This document shows, piece by piece, positions 61,052 through 64,000 of a DNA stretch of 64,000 nucleotides. The notes beneath the pieces are model-generated. The model saw only the letters and a program-made list of their open reading frames with translations, was not told where the DNA came from and did no database searches. The stretch's first letter is position 1. Each line of letters opens with the position of its first letter. The position numbers and the translations under genes are program-made. Origin of the DNA: Podarcis liolepis (lineage: Eukaryota); the NCBI GenBank assembly GCA_965112155.1, contig OZ218101.1; one strand, written 5' to 3'.

Positions 61052-62529
61052 CTTGGAGCACATACACATTCTATTAAGCCTTTATTTACGAGCCCACAAC
61101 GTTCTGTATGCATAAGCAGCCATATTCTTTGTCAGGGTAGCACCAGGAAACAGAGCTACTTCTTAACATGGAAATAAATCGAGATTTTATTTCCTGGATA
61201 CCTGTCTGAAAGATCTGCACTGGTGCATCCGACAGCAACTATACTGTTATATACCACAAAGCAAAATGGCATGCTAGATGAAGGCATTAAAAGTTCACAT
61301 TATGTTTATCCCCATGTCATGAACTTGGGATGGGCCCAACAAGCAGCCAATCTTCAGCATCTCTGCTGAAAATATCTGGGAAGTTGTGTTCTAACATGGA
61401 ATCGTACTGCTTTAAAAACAGGCAAAGTGAAATAATTGCTACTTAAGTTTTTTAAAAATATATATATACCTGGTCAAAGATTCAAATATGTACCATTTCA
61501 GTCAACTTACTAGAAAACTATTAAAATATTAGATGCCACTGTACAATTAGACATGCTAAAATGTATAAAGATGATGACAGATCTTTGTGAGAAGCCAGGG
61601 GTAGAGAGGGCTGATTCTTATCACTGTTAGTGGTTTCTTTACAAGATAAAAAAGATTTTAGAGGAAAATAACAGTAATACTTAATATCCTGCAAGTGAAT
61701 ATACTGTCTGACCCAGGCGTTTATTTAGTAACGTATTTTAATGACTCCACTCTCTCAGATAAAGAGAATCTACTGTGTAATACACTGTCATTACTGTGCC
61801 TTACATATGCCAAATGGGGGAACCAAAGTAAAAACTCCATTAATTTTGAAAATGGTGTATGAAATTTTGGGAGTTGGTCCTATTGAGCAAAATCACATGG
61901 ACCTTGTGAGTCCAACAAGATCATTTGAACAAAATCTGAGAAGGAATTATGTATTTAATGTAATAGGTTAACATCCAAGAGATGGAAGTAGATGCATACT
62001 TATATTCTAAAACCTTTTTCGAAAAGAGCAAAATGTTGCTGCTAAAACATAGCACAAAAGCACGTGGGGACTAACATCTGAGTCAATTCACACACAGAAA
62101 CTAGGGTTACCATGCAATGGGTAGGCAGATCTATAACAGAGTCCTTGCCTCTGCTTTTTCCATTCTGTTAGAAAGAATGGAGTTTGGGATACAAATCCTG
62201 ACCATATTTTAACTGCCCTGCTTATAAACAGCAACAATAGGTTCTGCAGGATCTTTCTGTGAGTTTTGTGCAATTTTTAAGGGGATTAAAACAAAAATGG
62301 AAAAATAAATGATCCAAGAGGGAAGCACCTTAGAAAAATCCACACTAACAAAGCTGTAAGCAGAGGGTTTTGGGGCACACTGCTGTCCACTGCAAACACA
62401 GCCCCTGCTTATAACTCCCCAGCAGCTGAAATGCAGGTGCTTGGGAACAATGTGGGGAAAAAGCTCAGAGAAGCCCTAAGCGCTTCAAGCACAGCAGGAA
62501 GTGATGAAGATAAAGTACTTGTCCTTTAC

Positions 62530-62628
62530 CTTATAGCTCTCTGCTGTCTGAATGATGTCTCCCATTGACGTTGACAGCTGCTGTCTCTCTGACTGCAATA
62601 ACTTCACCTCTTCTCTAAGTGACTGTGC
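62530..62628 (-). CDS. GCC2: GCC2 internal exon (AQSLREEVKLLQSERQQLSTSMGDIIQTAESYK)
   Basis: ag|GCA...AAG|gtaaag; 99 nt, phase 0-0; similar to mammalian ...DQLSASMRDLIQGAESYK. Confidence 0.9.
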
Positions 62629-62953
62629 CTAAGTGCAAAGAAAGATATGAACCCTTGTTACTTCTACCAGTGATTGGACCCAAAGACAACCTTCTGTGAA
62701 TGAAAGGGGGGGGCATTTCACTAACTCTCACCTCCCCTGAAACTTCCCACGCTGCCTCCTACCTTGTTTCCTCTGGAGCAGATTTTCACAGTGTGCAGTG
62801 AAGCCAGGACCCAAGGCAACCCACTCCCTGAGCTCACCAAACACCAAATCCCAGCCCTCATTAGCAAGCTACAGAGTTCCATGTATTGTAGATTTGAAGC
62901 TCTTTGTCACAGAGAAGCATTGACCAACCCTATTCAGCATGAGGACTATATTG

Positions 62954-63397
62954 TGTTAGAATTCCTGCTCCGTGATTGCAGTCATGGGATTGTTGTCTTT
63001 CACATGACGGTGTATGTTTTGAGTCCACAGAGTGGGAAGTGACGGAGACAGGATGTTTGTGTTACAGTGTTCTGTGAAGTGGGACTATTGTCCTTTGTCC
63101 TTTCTCTTTGCTGTCTGATGCTAGAGAGAGAGGGAGCCATGTTGCAGTGCTCCGTGTGTGTTTATATGTAAATAAAGTAGATTAGCCAAAATGCTGAGTT
63201 GCTGAGGTCTGTTATGCAACTGCACAAACTCTGCGGATCCCTAAGTGTGCTGGTGTCGGTTGGCATCAGTCGCTGTGATGTTCGGACTAAAGAAAGCTTT
63301 TGAAGCTCCCAAACGATTGACCAGGAGGGAGAGAACATGCGAATCGGGCATGTGTCTCTGCCAGGGTCCTACTCAAGTGTAGGCTGAGCTCCTGACA
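62954..63397 (+). mobile_element. Solo LTR, 444 bp
   Basis: TGTTAG...CTGACA termini; perfect 5-bp TSD TATTG (62949-62953, 63398-63402); internal AATAAA near 63171. Confidence 0.85.
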
Positions 63398-63916
63398 TAT
63401 TGACCCTCAGTCAGCCACTCCCCTGAGGGCAATATGGCAGCCGTGAGCATGGCTGCTGCATGAATACACAAACATACACTCACCACACACGGACGTTTAC
63501 CACATACAAACATCAGAGTGGCAGTCACTGAGCATTCGTTTCCTTAGTCATAGATACACTATTTCACACACATGTATACAGAATCGGCACTTCCAGCATT
63601 CCTGTACCATGTTGGGGTGGCTGAAAAAGCTACTTTTTTTAACTCCGCACAGAAGGATCTGTGCTGGCAAAAGACAGCCTGGAGTGAGGGAAAAAATGCT
63701 GCCTTTCACCCTTAAATGTATACTCACTGCTCTTTAGAGATCAGGCAGAGTAGTTTATATCCTGAACAGATCTCAGGAGATAAAACCCCCTTAGATCAGG
63801 AGATAAAGCAGTGGGGGCCACTTCTTGTGGCTTGGCAGACAAGCTGCAGCTCATAGGTCATGGGTTAGTCATTCGTGCCATAAAGAGAATGAGGAACAGC
63901 AAATCCAACCTTCCTT

Positions 63917-64000
63917 GCAGCTCCCAGTACGTTTCCAAGCACAATTCAAAGTGTTGGTGCTGACCTTTAAAGCCCTAAACGGCCTTGGCCCAGTATACCT
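63917..64000 (+). mobile_element. L2-clade LINE fragment (cut by the window edge)
   Basis: Near-identical to 5353-5435. Confidence 0.8.

Larger units (their letters stand above)
45340..64000 (-). other. GCC2: GCC2 gene, 3' part (GRIP and coiled-coil domain-containing protein 2 / GCC185); 5' exons lie beyond the window end
   Basis: 15 exons assembled by hand with matching phases give 695 aa that match the GCC2 C-terminus as I recall it (coiled coils, GRIP domain NLEYLKNVLLQF...LLPVIDTMLQLSPEE, tail GWASYLHSWSGLR*). Confidence 0.96.

Noticed and set aside
1-64000. A novel multi-gene biological system (defence, retron or similar)
   Set aside because: All substantial coding signal is explained by GCC2, LIMS1 exon 1 and LINE remnants. 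The only RT belongs to a BovB LINE with a TSD.

Overview
This is eukaryotic, intron-rich vertebrate DNA. The Sauria SINE, Squam3 and BovB content points to a squamate, most likely a lacertid lizard such as Podarcis (inference from repeat families). The window holds two genes, both on the minus strand, in the GCC2-LIMS1 order known from mammals. (1) The last 15 coding exons of the golgin GCC2/GCC185 run from 62628 to 47721. They give 2088 nt, or 695 aa plus stop, with all splice phases consistent, ending in the GRIP domain and WASYLHSWSGLR*. One intron is GC-AG, and a 3' UTR of about 2.4 kb ends near AATAAA at 45361-45366. (2) A CpG island (about 35.7-37.1 kb) holds the first coding exon of LIMS1/PINCH1 (MLGVAAGVTN-S, 36380->36349), followed by an intron of more than 36 kb that runs off the window. 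Most of the rest is transposable elements: about 20 TA-flanked Tc1/mariner (Tigger/pogo-like) MITEs, including 13 copies of one family; hAT MITEs with 8-bp TSDs; 9 Sauria SINE copies or fragments; tRNA-CR1 SINEs; a 5'-truncated BovB LINE with an uninterrupted 659-aa RT frame; RTE, L2, CR1 and L1-like fragments; and two solo LTRs with 5-bp TSDs. I found no prokaryote-type system, CRISPR array or novel protein-coding gene. The most unusual signals are structural: a Sauria SINE with a twin-priming-like 5' inversion, a GC/CpG-rich MITE packed with hairpins, transposons inserted into the termini of other transposons, a micro DUP-INV-DUP rearrangement, and SINEs with different tRNA heads on the same CR1 tail.
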